64,000 nucleotides of DNA from Dehalococcoidia bacterium (GCA_963662615.2 CAXXSR010000001.1:1056001-1120000), one strand, 5' to 3'; shown: positions 29,325 to 39,519, counted from the first letter of the stretch. The notes: generated from the sequence alone by a model not told the origin. Numbers and translations are program-made.

Positions 29325-30449
29325 CTAATCGAGCCCCAACTCTTCCCCCACCGCCCGCAGCCGCTCCATAAGCACCGGCGTCTGCTCCGGTCGCGGCACG
29401 CTGATCCGCACGCAGTTCCGCAGTCGCGGCGTGGAGAAGTAGCGCACGAAGACTCCTCGCTGGGCCAGCGCCTCCCGGAGCGCCAAGCCGTCCGGCGCGC
29501 CCGGCTGAGAAGAGCGCACCTCGCAGAGGAGAAAATTCGCCGCCGACGGATACGGCCGCAGCCAGCCCAGCGCCGACAGCTCCCGGAACAGCGTCTCCCG
29601 TTCCGCCACGATGGTGCGCACGCGCTCCTCAAGCTCGTCGCGCGCCTCCAGCGCCGCCAGCACGGCCGCCTCCGCCGCTCGATTCACGCTGTACGGCGGC
29701 TTGGCCCGCAGCAGCACCTCCGCCACGCCCTCGGGAAAGACGCCGTAGCCAATCCGCAATCCCGCCAGCCCCGCCCACTTGCTGAACGTCCGCAGCACGA
29801 TCAACCGTGGCTCCTCCTCCACCCAAGGGATGAAGGAGCTCCCGGCGAACTCCCCGTACGCCTCGTCCACCAGCACCGTCGCGCCGGTCGCCAGCAGCGC
29901 CCGCAGCTCCTCGGGCGACAGGGCGTTGCCGGTCGGATTGTTCGGCGACGCCAACATGATCAGCGACGTCGCCTCCGTCACCGTCGCCTCGACCCGCTCG
30001 ATGTCGATGCTGAAGTCGTCGCGCCGCTCCACCGCGTCCACCGCCAACCCCTGCACCTCCGCCACGAAGCGGTACATGTCGAACGCGGGCGGGCAGACCA
30101 GCACCCGCTCGCCCGGTCCCACCAGCACCCGCACCGCTAGGTCCAGCAGCTCGTCGGAGCCGGCCCCCGCCACCACGCGATCCATCGGTGCCCCCGCGTA
30201 CCCCGCAATGGCGCCACGAACCTCCGATTGCAGCGGATCGGGGTAGACGGCGTAGCGATCGCAGCGCGCGATCGCCTCCTGCACCCACGCCACGGTGCCG
30301 AACGGGTTCTCGTTCGCGTCCAGCTTCAGCACCTCGGCGGGGTCCAGCCCGGCTCGACGCGCCAGCTCCTCCACCGGCTCCACAGCCTCGTACGGTGGCA
30401 GCGCCAGCAGACTGGCACGGATGCGCGGTGGCTCACTTGGATCGGGCAT
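29325..30449 (-). CDS. hisC: Histidinol-phosphate aminotransferase
   Basis: LDANENP, GSDELL, PNNPTG, DEAY, RTFSKWAGLAGLRIGY. Confidence 0.96.
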   Translation of the reverse strand: MPDPSEPPRIRASLLALPPYEAVEPVEELARRAGLDPAEVLKLDANENPFGTVAWVQEAIARCDRYAVYPDPLQSEVRGAIAGYAGAPMDRVVAGAGSDELLDLAVRVLVGPGERVLVCPPAFDMYRFVAEVQGLAVDAVERRDDFSIDIERVEATVTEATSLIMLASPNNPTGNALSPEELRALLATGATVLVDEAYGEFAGSSFIPWVEEEPRLIVLRTFSKWAGLAGLRIGYGVFPEGVAEVLLRAKPPYSVNRAAEAAVLAALEARDELEERVRTIVAERETLFRELSALGWLRPYPSAANFLLCEVRSSQPGAPDGLALREALAQRGVFVRYFSTPRLRNCVRISVPRPEQTPVLMERLRAVGEELGLD

Positions 30450-30525
30450 CGATCAACCGCTCACTGATCCATCGCCCGCCCGCTCGACGCCGGCGGGCTG
30501 GCGCTGCTGGCACGCCGACAGCTCC

Positions 30526-31881
30526 TCATCGATCGCTCCGGCGCAGCTCAAGCGAGCGGGCGTGGCCGGTCAGCCCCTCCGCCTTGGCGATGGTGACCGC
30601 CGCCGGTCCGATCTTCTGCAGCAGCGCCTCCGTGACCTGCACCACCGTGGTGATCTTGAGAAACTCGCCTACGTGCAGCGGCGAGGCGTAACGCGCGCTC
30701 CCTCCCGTGGGCATGACGTGGCTCGGCCCCGCCACGTAGTCGGCCAGCGCCTCCGGTGACGACTCTCCCACGAACAGTCCGCCGACGTTGCGCACGGATT
30801 CGGCCTGCTTGGCCGCGTCGCGGGTCATCAGCGCCAGGTGTTCGGGCGCGTACTCGTTCGCCAGCGACAGCGACTCCGCCAGCGACGCCGTCAGCACGAT
30901 ACCGCCGCGATTGTGAAACGCCGCCAGCGCGATCTTGCCCCGCTCCAGCGTCGCCGCCTGTTGCGGCACAATCCGAGCCACCGCCTCCGCCAGCGCTTCG
31001 TTGTCCGTGATCAGGATTGGCGCCGCCAGAGCGTCGTGCTCCGCCTGCGCCAGCAAGTCGGCGGCGCAGAGGTCGGGATCGGCGCTGTCGTCCGCTACCA
31101 CCACCGTCTCCGTGGGACCGTAGATCGCGTCGATGCCGACGTCGCCGAAGACCAGCCGCTTCGCCAGCGTCACGAAGCGGTTGCCCGGTCCAAAGATCTT
31201 GTCCACCGCCGGGATGCTCTCGGTGCCGTAGGCCAAGGCCGCAATCGCCTGCGCCCCACCCACTTTGTAGATCGTGCCGACCCCGGCGATCTCCGCCGCC
31301 ACCAGCTTCAGCGGCGACACGCGCCCGGCCGAGCCGCCCTCACCGGCGCTGATCGGGCTGGCGATGCAGATCTCCTCCACGCCCGCTACCACGGCCGGGA
31401 TCGCCGTGTGCAGCACCGTCGACGGATACACCACCGTCGTCCCCGGCACGTACAGCCCCGCTCGTCGCAGCGGCCGCACCACCTGCCCCAACCCGTCCAC
31501 GTCGAACGAGGTCGCCGCATGCGCCAGCTGGCGCTCGTGGAAGGCGCGCACCCGCTGCGCCGCGATCTGTATCGCCTGCAACGTGGCCCCATCCACGGCC
31601 GCGCGGGCGGCGACGAACTCTTCCTCGCTCACCGTCCAGGCGTCCGGCGCTTGCCCGTCCAGGGCCAGCGAGAAGCGTCGCAGCGCGGCGTCCCCCTCGC
31701 TGCGCACCGCCGCCACGATCCGCCGCACCGCCTCCTCCGCCGTCAGCGTCTCGCCGAACAGCGCCCGGATAACGCGCTCTTCGTCGGGACTGAGCGCGGC
31801 CTCCTCCGGCCGCCGACGCTGGAAGATGGACCGGCGCGCCGCCTCGACCCCCCGTACGATCGGCAGCGACGCTAGCGACAC
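30526..31881 (-). CDS. hisD: Histidinol dehydrogenase
   Basis: GLYVPG, GGAQAIAALAYGT, GPGN, QAEHD, APEHL, GPSHVMPT. Confidence 0.97.
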   Translation of the reverse strand: MSLASLPIVRGVEAARRSIFQRRRPEEAALSPDEERVIRALFGETLTAEEAVRRIVAAVRSEGDAALRRFSLALDGQAPDAWTVSEEEFVAARAAVDGATLQAIQIAAQRVRAFHERQLAHAATSFDVDGLGQVVRPLRRAGLYVPGTTVVYPSTVLHTAIPAVVAGVEEICIASPISAGEGGSAGRVSPLKLVAAEIAGVGTIYKVGGAQAIAALAYGTESIPAVDKIFGPGNRFVTLAKRLVFGDVGIDAIYGPTETVVVADDSADPDLCAADLLAQAEHDALAAPILITDNEALAEAVARIVPQQAATLERGKIALAAFHNRGGIVLTASLAESLSLANEYAPEHLALMTRDAAKQAESVRNVGGLFVGESSPEALADYVAGPSHVMPTGGSARYASPLHVGEFLKITTVVQVTEALLQKIGPAAVTIAKAEGLTGHARSLELRRSDR

Positions 31882-32633
31882 GCCAGGTACTCCCGCAGCG
31901 CCTGCGCGGCCTGCTCGCTCACCCGCTCAAAGAAGCCGTCCACTTCGGCCATCTCCACGCTCCGCACCGTCTCCTCCAGCAGCGTCGGGATCTGCTCCAG
32001 GAAGCCCTGATAGTCCGATTCCGATCGCACCCCTGCCTGCCGCAGGTGACGTGAAGCAATGTAGGCGAAACGCTCCCAGTCCGGGGCATGCTCGGTCACA
32101 CTGGCGCTCACGTCCCGCCACTTCTCCAGCGTGGCCCGATCGACGAACCCCGCATCGATCTCGACGGCCGTCGCGAACAGAGCGTCGCGAACGGCCAGCA
32201 TCGTCTCCTGGTCCTCGCGTTCGCGCCGGTCCAGTTCGTATTGCAGGATCCGGTCGAGCAGATTCGCCCGTTCGCTGCCCCCCAACGCGGAGCGCACGCC
32301 GAAGTGGGGGCGGTACACCTGGGTGATGTACAGCTGATCCATGATCAGGTGCGTGACGAAGCCGCAGGCCCAGGCGCAGGTGCTGCTGCTCAAGTTCGCG
32401 GGGTCGCGCAGGTGCGGATGCGCGGCGAAGAACGCTCCCACGCTGTCCTGATGCCCTTCTTCGCGCAGATCAAAAAAGTGCGTGCGCTCGCGTTCCCAGC
32501 GCGTCAGGACGCGGATGTCCGGCGTGGTGGCGCCCAACAAAAATTCGCCCGACCGCTCCTCCAGCAGGGGCGCGTCAATGAGCGCCCCCGCACGGCGCGC
32601 CGTCACCATGTGCGACACGAGCGGTGGCACCAT
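31872..32633 (-). CDS. Zinc-dependent phospholipase C-like family protein
   Basis: N-terminal His, FLLGATTPD, THFF, GFVTHLIMD. Confidence 0.7.
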   Translation of the reverse strand: MVPPLVSHMVTARRAGALIDAPLLEERSGEFLLGATTPDIRVLTRWERERTHFFDLREEGHQDSVGAFFAAHPHLRDPANLSSSTCAWACGFVTHLIMDQLYITQVYRPHFGVRSALGGSERANLLDRILQYELDRREREDQETMLAVRDALFATAVEIDAGFVDRATLEKWRDVSASVTEHAPDWERFAYIASRHLRQAGVRSESDYQGFLEQIPTLLEETVRSVEMAEVDGFFERVSEQAAQALREYLACR

Positions 32634-32635
32634 TG

Positions 32636-32800
32636 TCCTCGCAGACGACGACCTCGCAGCCGGTGACCTCGCAGCTGCACTCGCGGAAGGGCCCGCGCCC
32701 GCCCGCGTGCGCACCAGTGTACATGCGGGGGTTCGCCACTGCGTCCACAGATACAGCGTCCATCGACACGGCGTCCACCAATACGGCGTCCACCTATACT
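32636..32800. repeat. Two sets of degenerate 15-bp tandem units
   Basis: CCTCGCAG x3 and GCGTCCA x4 at 15-bp period in a divergent intergenic region. Confidence 0.7.
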
Positions 32801-32878
32801 GCAACGAAATTGACCTCCAGACGCGGGGCGGGCCACTGTGACGCCCGTGTGCTCAGGCACCACGAAGGGAGTTGCCGC

Positions 32879-34399
32879 GTGCGCTCGCCTGTCGCCCCCC
32901 GTTCCGGCGTCCCACGTCACAGGCGCCCGCCGCGGGCGCTCCTCTTCGGCCTCGTCGCGGTCGCCGGCTTGCTCCTCTTCGCCTGCGGCGACGACGTCCC
33001 CCGCCGCGCCGTGCACCTCTCCGAACTCGACAACGACATCGGCCCGGTGACGGCCAACTTCGTTGACCGCGCCCTCGATCACGCCGAGAACCATGACGCC
33101 GCCGCCTGGATCCTCCTCCTCGACACGCCCGGCGGCCTCGTCACCGCCACCGACGACATCGTCCAGCGCATCGCGAAGGCAACCGTGCCTGTGGCGGTCT
33201 ACGTCAGCCCCGCCGGCGCCCGCGCCGCCTCCGCCGGCACCTTCATCACCATGGCCGCGCACGTCGCCGCCATGGCGCCCAGCACACAGATCGGCGCGGC
33301 CACGCCGGTGGGCGCGGGCGGCGCGGACATTGAGGGCTCCTTGGGCCGCAAGATCCTCAACGACGCCTCCGCCGACATTCGCGCCATCGCCCAGCTGCGC
33401 GAGCGCAACCAGGAATGGGCCGAAAGCGCGGTCCGCGAAGCGGTCTCCGCCACCGCGGAGGAGGCCGTCGAGCTCAACGTCGTCGACCTCGTCGCCACCG
33501 ACGTCACGGATCTCCTCGCCCAGATCGACGGGCGCAGCATCGTCCTCGCCGGCTTCGTCGCGGGCGAGCCCGCCGGCCCCGCCCTCACGATTCGCACCCG
33601 CGGCGCGCCCATCGTTGAGACCAACATGAACTTCTTTGAGAACGTGTTGGACTTCGTGGCGGACCCCAACATCGCCTTCCTGCTCATTACCCTCGGTGGT
33701 CTCGCCTTGGTGATCGAGCTGTTCTCGCCGGGCCTCCTCGGCCCCGGCATCTTCGGTGTGATCGCGCTCCTGCTCGGTTTCTTCGCCTTGGGCAGCCTGG
33801 ACACCAACCCGGCCGGGCTCGCCCTGCTCGCCATCGCCCTCGTCCTCATCGTCGCGGAGATCTTCGTGGCCGGCTTCGGAGTGCTCGGGATCGGCGGGAT
33901 CATCGCCCTCTTCTTCGGCGGCCTCTTGCTGATCAGCGACTCCCCCAACGCCGAAAAGGTCTCGCTCTGGCTTCTCTTCGCTGTCGTAGCCGCCGTCGCC
34001 GCCACGGTCCTCGCCCTCTTCCTCCTGATCGTGAGCGACCGCCGCAAGCAGAAGGTGGCCACCAGCCTCGCCGACCGTATGGTCGGGCAGACGGGCGTCG
34101 TCCGCTCCACTCTCGACCCCGTAGGTACCGCGCTCGTCGGCTCCGAACTCTGGACCGCCCGCAGCGAGGGCGGATCCCTCCCCGCCGAGACCCCCGTCCG
34201 CGTTGTCGGCGTCGACGGTCTCCGCCTCCTCGTCGAGGCCCCCGCGGCTGCCGAGGGCAGCCAGGACTCCGAAGACACTCCGGACACCGAAGACACCGTC
34301 GCGCCACCGTCCCCGCCCGACGCGCCGCCGCTCGAGCGCCCGCCGGGGTCCAGCGCCGCTAGGGAGGGGTCGGAGAAGCCGCCGGCGGACGCAGGCTGA
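32879..34399 (+). CDS. nfeD: NfeD-family membrane-bound serine protease
   Basis: LDTPGG, AASAGTFI, IGAATPV, TM helices, C-terminal OB fold (ELWTARS). Confidence 0.9.
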   Translation: MRSPVAPRSGVPRHRRPPRALLFGLVAVAGLLLFACGDDVPRRAVHLSELDNDIGPVTANFVDRALDHAENHDAAAWILLLDTPGGLVTATDDIVQRIAKATVPVAVYVSPAGARAASAGTFITMAAHVAAMAPSTQIGAATPVGAGGADIEGSLGRKILNDASADIRAIAQLRERNQEWAESAVREAVSATAEEAVELNVVDLVATDVTDLLAQIDGRSIVLAGFVAGEPAGPALTIRTRGAPIVETNMNFFENVLDFVADPNIAFLLITLGGLALVIELFSPGLLGPGIFGVIALLLGFFALGSLDTNPAGLALLAIALVLIVAEIFVAGFGVLGIGGIIALFFGGLLLISDSPNAEKVSLWLLFAVVAAVAATVLALFLLIVSDRRKQKVATSLADRMVGQTGVVRSTLDPVGTALVGSELWTARSEGGSLPAETPVRVVGVDGLRLLVEAPAAAEGSQDSEDTPDTEDTVAPPSPPDAPPLERPPGSSAAREGSEKPPADAG

Positions 34400-35165
34400 C
34401 CTCACCGGCAAGAAAGCGTCGCCGCTCCCCCGTCTCCAGGCGCACCACCAGCGCCCCCTCCTCCGTCACGTCCTCGGCCACCCCCTCCACCACACCACCG
34501 GCCTGGTCCGCCAGGCTGACGGGCCGTCCCAGCGTCTCCAGCCGTGCCCGCCACCCCTGCAGCAGCGCCGGCGTGGTGGCACCGTCGTAGGCCCGTTCAA
34601 AGGCGTTCAGCGTCGCCGCCAGGATCGGCTCGCGCGCCAGCGGCCTGCCCCGCTCCAGCGCCAGGCTCGTGGCCGGTCCCTCAATGGCGCCGCCGAACGC
34701 GCCGGGGTCGAAGTTGACGTTGATGCCAATCCCCACCAGCGCGAAGCGCGGCCGCCCCCCCACCCACTCGCTCTCCACCAAGATGCCCACGAACTTCTTG
34801 CCCCGCAGGTGCAGGTCGTTCGGCCACTTGATCCGCGGGTAAAGGTTGACCACCTGCTCCACCGCGTTCGCGACCGCCACCGCCGTCAGTATGCTCAGCC
34901 GCTGCAATCGCGCCGCCGAAGGCCGCACCACGATGGTGAAGTAGAGGTTTTGCCCCCCCGGGGAGACCCAGGACCGGCCGCGCGTCCCCCGGCCCCGGCT
35001 CTGCTCCTCCGCGATGACGACGGTGCCCGTCGGCGCTCCGTCCTCCGCGGCGGCGCGAGCGTCGTCCATCGTCGACGTGGTGCGCAGGCGATAGATCAGC
35101 CGCCGCCCCACCCGCCGCGTGCGCAGGTCCTCGGCCACGGCCTTGCGGCTCAGTCGGACTCCCAC
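34359..35165 (-). CDS. birA: Biotin-protein ligase (no HTH)
   Basis: STMD, EEQSRGRGTRGRSW, IKWPND, KFVGILVE, GIGINVN. Confidence 0.93.
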   Translation of the reverse strand: MGVRLSRKAVAEDLRTRRVGRRLIYRLRTTSTMDDARAAAEDGAPTGTVVIAEEQSRGRGTRGRSWVSPGGQNLYFTIVVRPSAARLQRLSILTAVAVANAVEQVVNLYPRIKWPNDLHLRGKKFVGILVESEWVGGRPRFALVGIGINVNFDPGAFGGAIEGPATSLALERGRPLAREPILAATLNAFERAYDGATTPALLQGWRARLETLGRPVSLADQAGGVVEGVAEDVTEEGALVVRLETGERRRFLAGEVSLRPPAASPTPP

Positions 35166-35224
35166 GCCCCCACGGTAGGCCGCATCACTGTGCGGAGCGA
35201 AACCGTGCGCAACGCGAGCAAAGA

Positions 35225-35370
35225 GCAAGCCCCCGGCTCGCGCCGGGGGCTTGTCAGATTTCGTGCCCAGGTGATGCTCCTAGGACTCACCCACCTCCTT
35301 CGATGCGCGGTCGTCGGCTCCATCCCTGGGCAGCAAACTATGTCCCAAGTCGCATCACCTCCTTTCCTGC
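35225..35370 (-). ncRNA. Candidate structured small RNA / sORF transcript with two SD motifs
   Basis: TACACT -10 like box at 35376-35381, AAAGGAGGTGAT and GAAGGAGGTG, long-range complementarity, terminal hairpin. Confidence 0.45.
35226..35253 (-). terminator. GC-rich hairpin, probable terminator of the small RNA candidate
   Basis: CAAGCCCCCGGC-TCGC-GCCGGGGGCTTG. Confidence 0.65.
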
Positions 35371-35661
35371 TCTCCAGTGTACCAGGCCTTCCTGATCCCC
35401 ACTATGGCGGCAAAGACCTGCCCCCCAATGGCTGGGAGGGACCGCCTCCGGTAGGCGCTGGCGTCGGCCCGCCCGCTCCGATGCCGAGCGACCCGAAACC
35501 GCGGCGATTACCCGAAATTGTTCGACGGCTTGGCTGACCTGCTCAAGCCTCTCCTGATAAACCGCTTAGGGTTTGATCGATCTCGTACATGACGAGGGCC
35601 CTATGAAAAGCCGTACGAAAAACTACACGCCTTGGGATTGTCAAGGTCGCGATGCTGGGGA

Positions 35662-35970
35662 CTACATCTCCATCACTTCGGCGACTTCAACTGTGCCCAT
35701 TTCAAGGAACGGGCACCCCTTCACCATTGCAACAGCAGCATCCATGCTGTCGGCTTTCACGATAGAAAAACCCATCAAGGGATTCGACCCACCATCGTCT
35801 GAGACGCCACCGGAGCTTACGGTCTTAGCCTTTCCCAAGGGAGTACCGGGGTTGACCACGGCATCCCCCAGGCCGCCGACCCAGGATTCGAATCTCGCCT
35901 TTTGTTTGGCTCCCTCTTCAGGGCTCTCAGGCATTTTCCCACCGTGATAGGCAAGGACGTATTCAGACAT
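35662..35970 (-). CDS. YciI-like protein
   Basis: YVLAYHGG...GFSIVKADSMDAAV...CPFL...VEVAE; AGGAG SD. Confidence 0.85.
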   Translation of the reverse strand: MSEYVLAYHGGKMPESPEEGAKQKARFESWVGGLGDAVVNPGTPLGKAKTVSSGGVSDDGGSNPLMGFSIVKADSMDAAVAMVKGCPFLEMGTVEVAEVMEM

Positions 35971-36036
35971 CGATCTCCTCTTTCTCATTTGCAGTTCGTA
36001 AGACGCTCTAGTTTCCGAACCAACGATCGTGAGGTC

Positions 36037-37386
36037 TTACAGATTGCCCGTCACCTCTTTGACCCCCTCCTCCACGATGGTGAGGATCGCGTCCACCTCC
36101 TCCGCCGTCGCCACCAGCGGTGGCGCCAGCACGAAGGAGTCCCCGCGAATGCGCGTGATCAGACCCCGACGTTGGCAGGCGTTCCGCAGCCGCACGCCCA
36201 TGCGCATCTCCTCGTCGAAGGGGACGTCGTTCTCGGGATCTTGCAGTAGGTCCAGGCCGCACATGAAGCCCAGCCCCCGCACATTGCCCACGTAGCGGTT
36301 CTCGCCGAGCAGCATCAGCCCGTTCAGAAGCTGCTCGCCCCGTGCCGCAGCGTTCTCCACCAGCCCCTCCTCTTCGATGATGGCGAGGTTGCGCAGCGCC
36401 ACCGCCGCCGCAACGGCGTGACCCGAGTTCGTATAGCCGTGCATGAACTTGACGCTGGGGTCGGCGCCGGTGATCGTCTCGAACACCTCCCGCGACCACA
36501 CCGACGCCCCCAGCGGCATGTACGCGCTCGTGATCGCCTTCGACACCGACATCAGGTCCGGCAGCACCCCAAAGTGCTCCAGCGCGAACCACCTCCCCGT
36601 GCGGCCGAAGCCCGTGATCACTTCGTCCGCGATCAGGAGCACCTCGTAGCGGTCGCAGACCTCGCGTAGCTGACGGAAGTAATCCGGCGGCGGCGGGTGG
36701 ACGCCACCGCCGCCCTGCACCGGCTCCGCGATCACCGCCGCCACCGTCTCCGGCCCCTCTCGCTCGATCGTCTCCGCAATGTTGTCAACATTGTTGTTGC
36801 CGGGATCAATGCGCGCCCCGCCGCTCGGCATCGGCTCCACGCTCGCCGCCGGCACGATCTCGTGTACCCGCGGTTCAAAATTGGGGTAATACATGGACAT
36901 CCCCGTCGCCGACATGCAGGCCAGGGTCGTCCCGTGGTACCCCTCCACCCGGCTGATCACCTTGACCTTCCCCGGCCGCCCCTTCATTGCCCAGTAGAAA
37001 CGCGCCGTCTTAAAGCTGGTCTCGTTTGAATCCGCGCCCGAGGTGCCGAAAAACACCGCCTGCATGTTGTCGTAGGCCAGCTCCACCAGCTTGGCCGCCA
37101 GCTCAATGGCCGGCTCGTTGCTGGAGCCCACGTAACTGCTGTTGAAGGCCAGCCGCTCCATCTGCCGCGCGGCGGCCTCCGCCAGCTCTCGGCGCCCGTG
37201 CCCCACCGCCACGTTCCACAGCGAGGAGAGGCCGTCAATGTAGCGCTGCCCGTCGTGCCCGTAGAGGTAGATCCCTTCCCCTCGCTCGTACAGCAGCGGC
37301 TCCTGGTGATCGCTGGGATGGGAGAGCGGATGCACCCAGTGGGCGAGATCTTTCCGCACCAGCTCCCGGTACCGTGCATCGTCCAT
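36037..37386 (-). CDS. Class III aminotransferase
   Basis: YIDGLSSLW, YHGTT, IAEPVQG, ADEVITGFGRTG, VSKAIT, HGYTNSGH. Confidence 0.95.
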   Translation of the reverse strand: MDDARYRELVRKDLAHWVHPLSHPSDHQEPLLYERGEGIYLYGHDGQRYIDGLSSLWNVAVGHGRRELAEAAARQMERLAFNSSYVGSSNEPAIELAAKLVELAYDNMQAVFFGTSGADSNETSFKTARFYWAMKGRPGKVKVISRVEGYHGTTLACMSATGMSMYYPNFEPRVHEIVPAASVEPMPSGGARIDPGNNNVDNIAETIEREGPETVAAVIAEPVQGGGGVHPPPPDYFRQLREVCDRYEVLLIADEVITGFGRTGRWFALEHFGVLPDLMSVSKAITSAYMPLGASVWSREVFETITGADPSVKFMHGYTNSGHAVAAAVALRNLAIIEEEGLVENAAARGEQLLNGLMLLGENRYVGNVRGLGFMCGLDLLQDPENDVPFDEEMRMGVRLRNACQRRGLITRIRGDSFVLAPPLVATAEEVDAILTIVEEGVKEVTGNL

Positions 37387-37422
37387 GCTGAGTCCTTCCT
37401 TGCGATCCACCCTCGACGGCGA

Positions 37423-39024
37423 TCAGCCCTGCCGCCCCGCCAGCAGCTCCCGCGCGACCGCCCGATCATCCCACGGCTCCACCGTCTCGCCAACGATGAG
37501 CGTCTGCTCCGCGCCCTTCCCGGCGATCAGCACGTAATCCCCCGCCGAGGCCAGCATGAACGCCCGCCCGATTGCCCGTCGGCGGTCGGGCTCCTCCTCG
37601 AAATCGGCGCCCGCCTGGCGTCCTGCCGCCTCCATCGCCTTCGCGATCTCCCGCACGATCGCCGCCGGATCCTCCGAGCGCGGATTCTCACTGGTGAGCA
37701 CCGCGTAGTCGGCGAACTCCGCCGCCGCCGCTCCCATCCCGCCGCGCCGGCCCGGGTCGCGCTCCCCCGCGCAGCCGAAGACAACGATCAGCCGGCCCTG
37801 CACCAGCGCTCTCACCTCCGCCAACACCACGCCAAACGCCGCCGCCGTCGCGGCCGCATCCACCACCACCGTGAACGGTTGCCCCGCCTCGATCCGCTCC
37901 ATCCGGCCCGGCACCTCGCGCAGTTGGCCAATCCCCCGCGCCATCGCCTCCGGCCCCACACCCAGCGCCCAGCAAGCGCCCGCCGCCGACAGCGCATTGC
38001 GCACGTTGAAGCGCCCCGGCAGCGCCAGCCGCGCCGTGGCGGCGCCCGCCCGCGTCGCGATCCGGAACTCGGAGCGCTCCACCTCCAGCACCACGTCCCC
38101 CGCCGATACGTCCAGCTCGCCGCCATTGACGCCACCTCGGCCGTTGAAACCCCCGCCGTCGAAGCCAACGCGGACCATTGCGGCCGAGGTGGCGGCCCCC
38201 ACGGCTTCGGCATACGGGTCGTCGGCATGGACCACGCCGCGCTTCGGGGTCCCCTTCGCCACGGACGTATCCAGCGCCTGGAACAGGCGCAGCTTTGCCG
38301 CCAGGTACTCCTCGCGCGTCTTGTGGAAATCCAGATGGTCGTCGCTGAGGCCGGTAAAGACGCCCACGTCGTACTCGCAACCGTCCAGACGGTGCAGCGC
38401 CAGCCCGTGCGACGTCGACTCGATCACCGCGTACGTTACCCCCGCCGCCACCATCTCCGCCAGCAGCGACTGCACCTGCGGCGCTTCTGGGCTGCTCTGC
38501 GTGATCGTGTTCATGCGCCACTCGTCGCCCACCTTGAACTGCACGCCACCGATGATCCCGGTGCGCCGGCCCGCCGCCTCCAATATTGACGATGTCAAGT
38601 AGCAGGTCGTGCTCTTGCCGTCCGTGCCCGTCACCCCCACCACGGTGAGACGGCGCGCCGGGAAGCCGTGGAACGCCGCCGACAGGGCCGCCAGCGCGAC
38701 GCGCGTATCGGCGACCTCCACGACGCTGACGTCGTCGCGCCCGAGCAACGGTTCCCACTGCGCTCGACGGTCGCTCTGCACCACGACGGCCTGGGCCCCG
38801 GCCGCCACGACCGCGTCCAAGAAGCTGTGCCCGTCCACGTGAAAGCCCGGCACGGCCACGAAACAGGCGCCGGCTTGCAGGTCACGGGAATCCTGACTGA
38901 TCTGGGTCACGGCGCCACCACTGGCGACACCGCGGGCGCCACCGCGGGCGACACCGCCCTGGGGGCCGTGCTGCGCCTTGACGGGCGTGGCCTCCAGCAG
39001 GGCGGCAAGAGTACGATCCGTCAC
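37423..39024 (-). CDS. murE: MurE-like Mur ligase
   Basis: DSR, GVTGTDGKST, ESTSHGL, DHLDFH, VPGRME, FGCAGERD, ENPRSE, IAGKG. Confidence 0.85.
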   Translation of the reverse strand: MTDRTLAALLEATPVKAQHGPQGGVARGGARGVASGGAVTQISQDSRDLQAGACFVAVPGFHVDGHSFLDAVVAAGAQAVVVQSDRRAQWEPLLGRDDVSVVEVADTRVALAALSAAFHGFPARRLTVVGVTGTDGKSTTCYLTSSILEAAGRRTGIIGGVQFKVGDEWRMNTITQSSPEAPQVQSLLAEMVAAGVTYAVIESTSHGLALHRLDGCEYDVGVFTGLSDDHLDFHKTREEYLAAKLRLFQALDTSVAKGTPKRGVVHADDPYAEAVGAATSAAMVRVGFDGGGFNGRGGVNGGELDVSAGDVVLEVERSEFRIATRAGAATARLALPGRFNVRNALSAAGACWALGVGPEAMARGIGQLREVPGRMERIEAGQPFTVVVDAAATAAAFGVVLAEVRALVQGRLIVVFGCAGERDPGRRGGMGAAAAEFADYAVLTSENPRSEDPAAIVREIAKAMEAAGRQAGADFEEEPDRRRAIGRAFMLASAGDYVLIAGKGAEQTLIVGETVEPWDDRAVARELLAGRQG

Positions 39025-39114
39025 GCGCCGCTCCCCTCACCAGAGCAGCATCGCGCCCCCTGCAGGGCGTCGCAACGGCGGGGGTGGCACGGCGCGACGG
39101 CACTCGAGGTCGTG

Positions 39115-39519
39115 GCGGCCAGGCGACCTGTAAGCCGAGTTCTGTATCCCTCCCGCCGTGCCCGCCCGCCGTTGCCGGCGCGCGGGAGCAGGAAGGACGG
39201 TGGCCATCTCTCTACGACGACGGTTACCCGCCGCCTCCAGCGACCTACCCGAGGGCGGAGTGAGGCGCTCCCTGGCCCTCCTATTTGGTCTTGCTCCGGG
39301 CGGGGCTTGCCCAGCCGGCCGGTCACCCGACCGCTGGTGCGCTCTTACCGCACCATTTCACCCTTACCCTCCCCGAATAGGAAGGGCGGTATGTTTCTGT
39401 GGCGCTATCCGTGAGGTCGCCCTCCCTGGGAGTTACCCAGCGCCCTGCCTCAATGGAGCTCGGACTTTCCTCGACCCTTCCTCGCAGGAAGGGCCGCGAC
39501 CACCCGGTCGCCTGGCCGC
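39115..39519 (-). ncRNA. rnpB: RNase P RNA (class A)
   Basis: GAGGAAAGTCCGAGCTCC and ACAGAACTCGGCTTAC universal motifs; GCGGCCAGGCGACC terminal pairing. Confidence 0.97.

Noticed and set aside
35350-35368. 16S rRNA 3' end fragment
   Set aside because: The match is limited to the anti-SD stretch; no other rRNA sequence is adjacent
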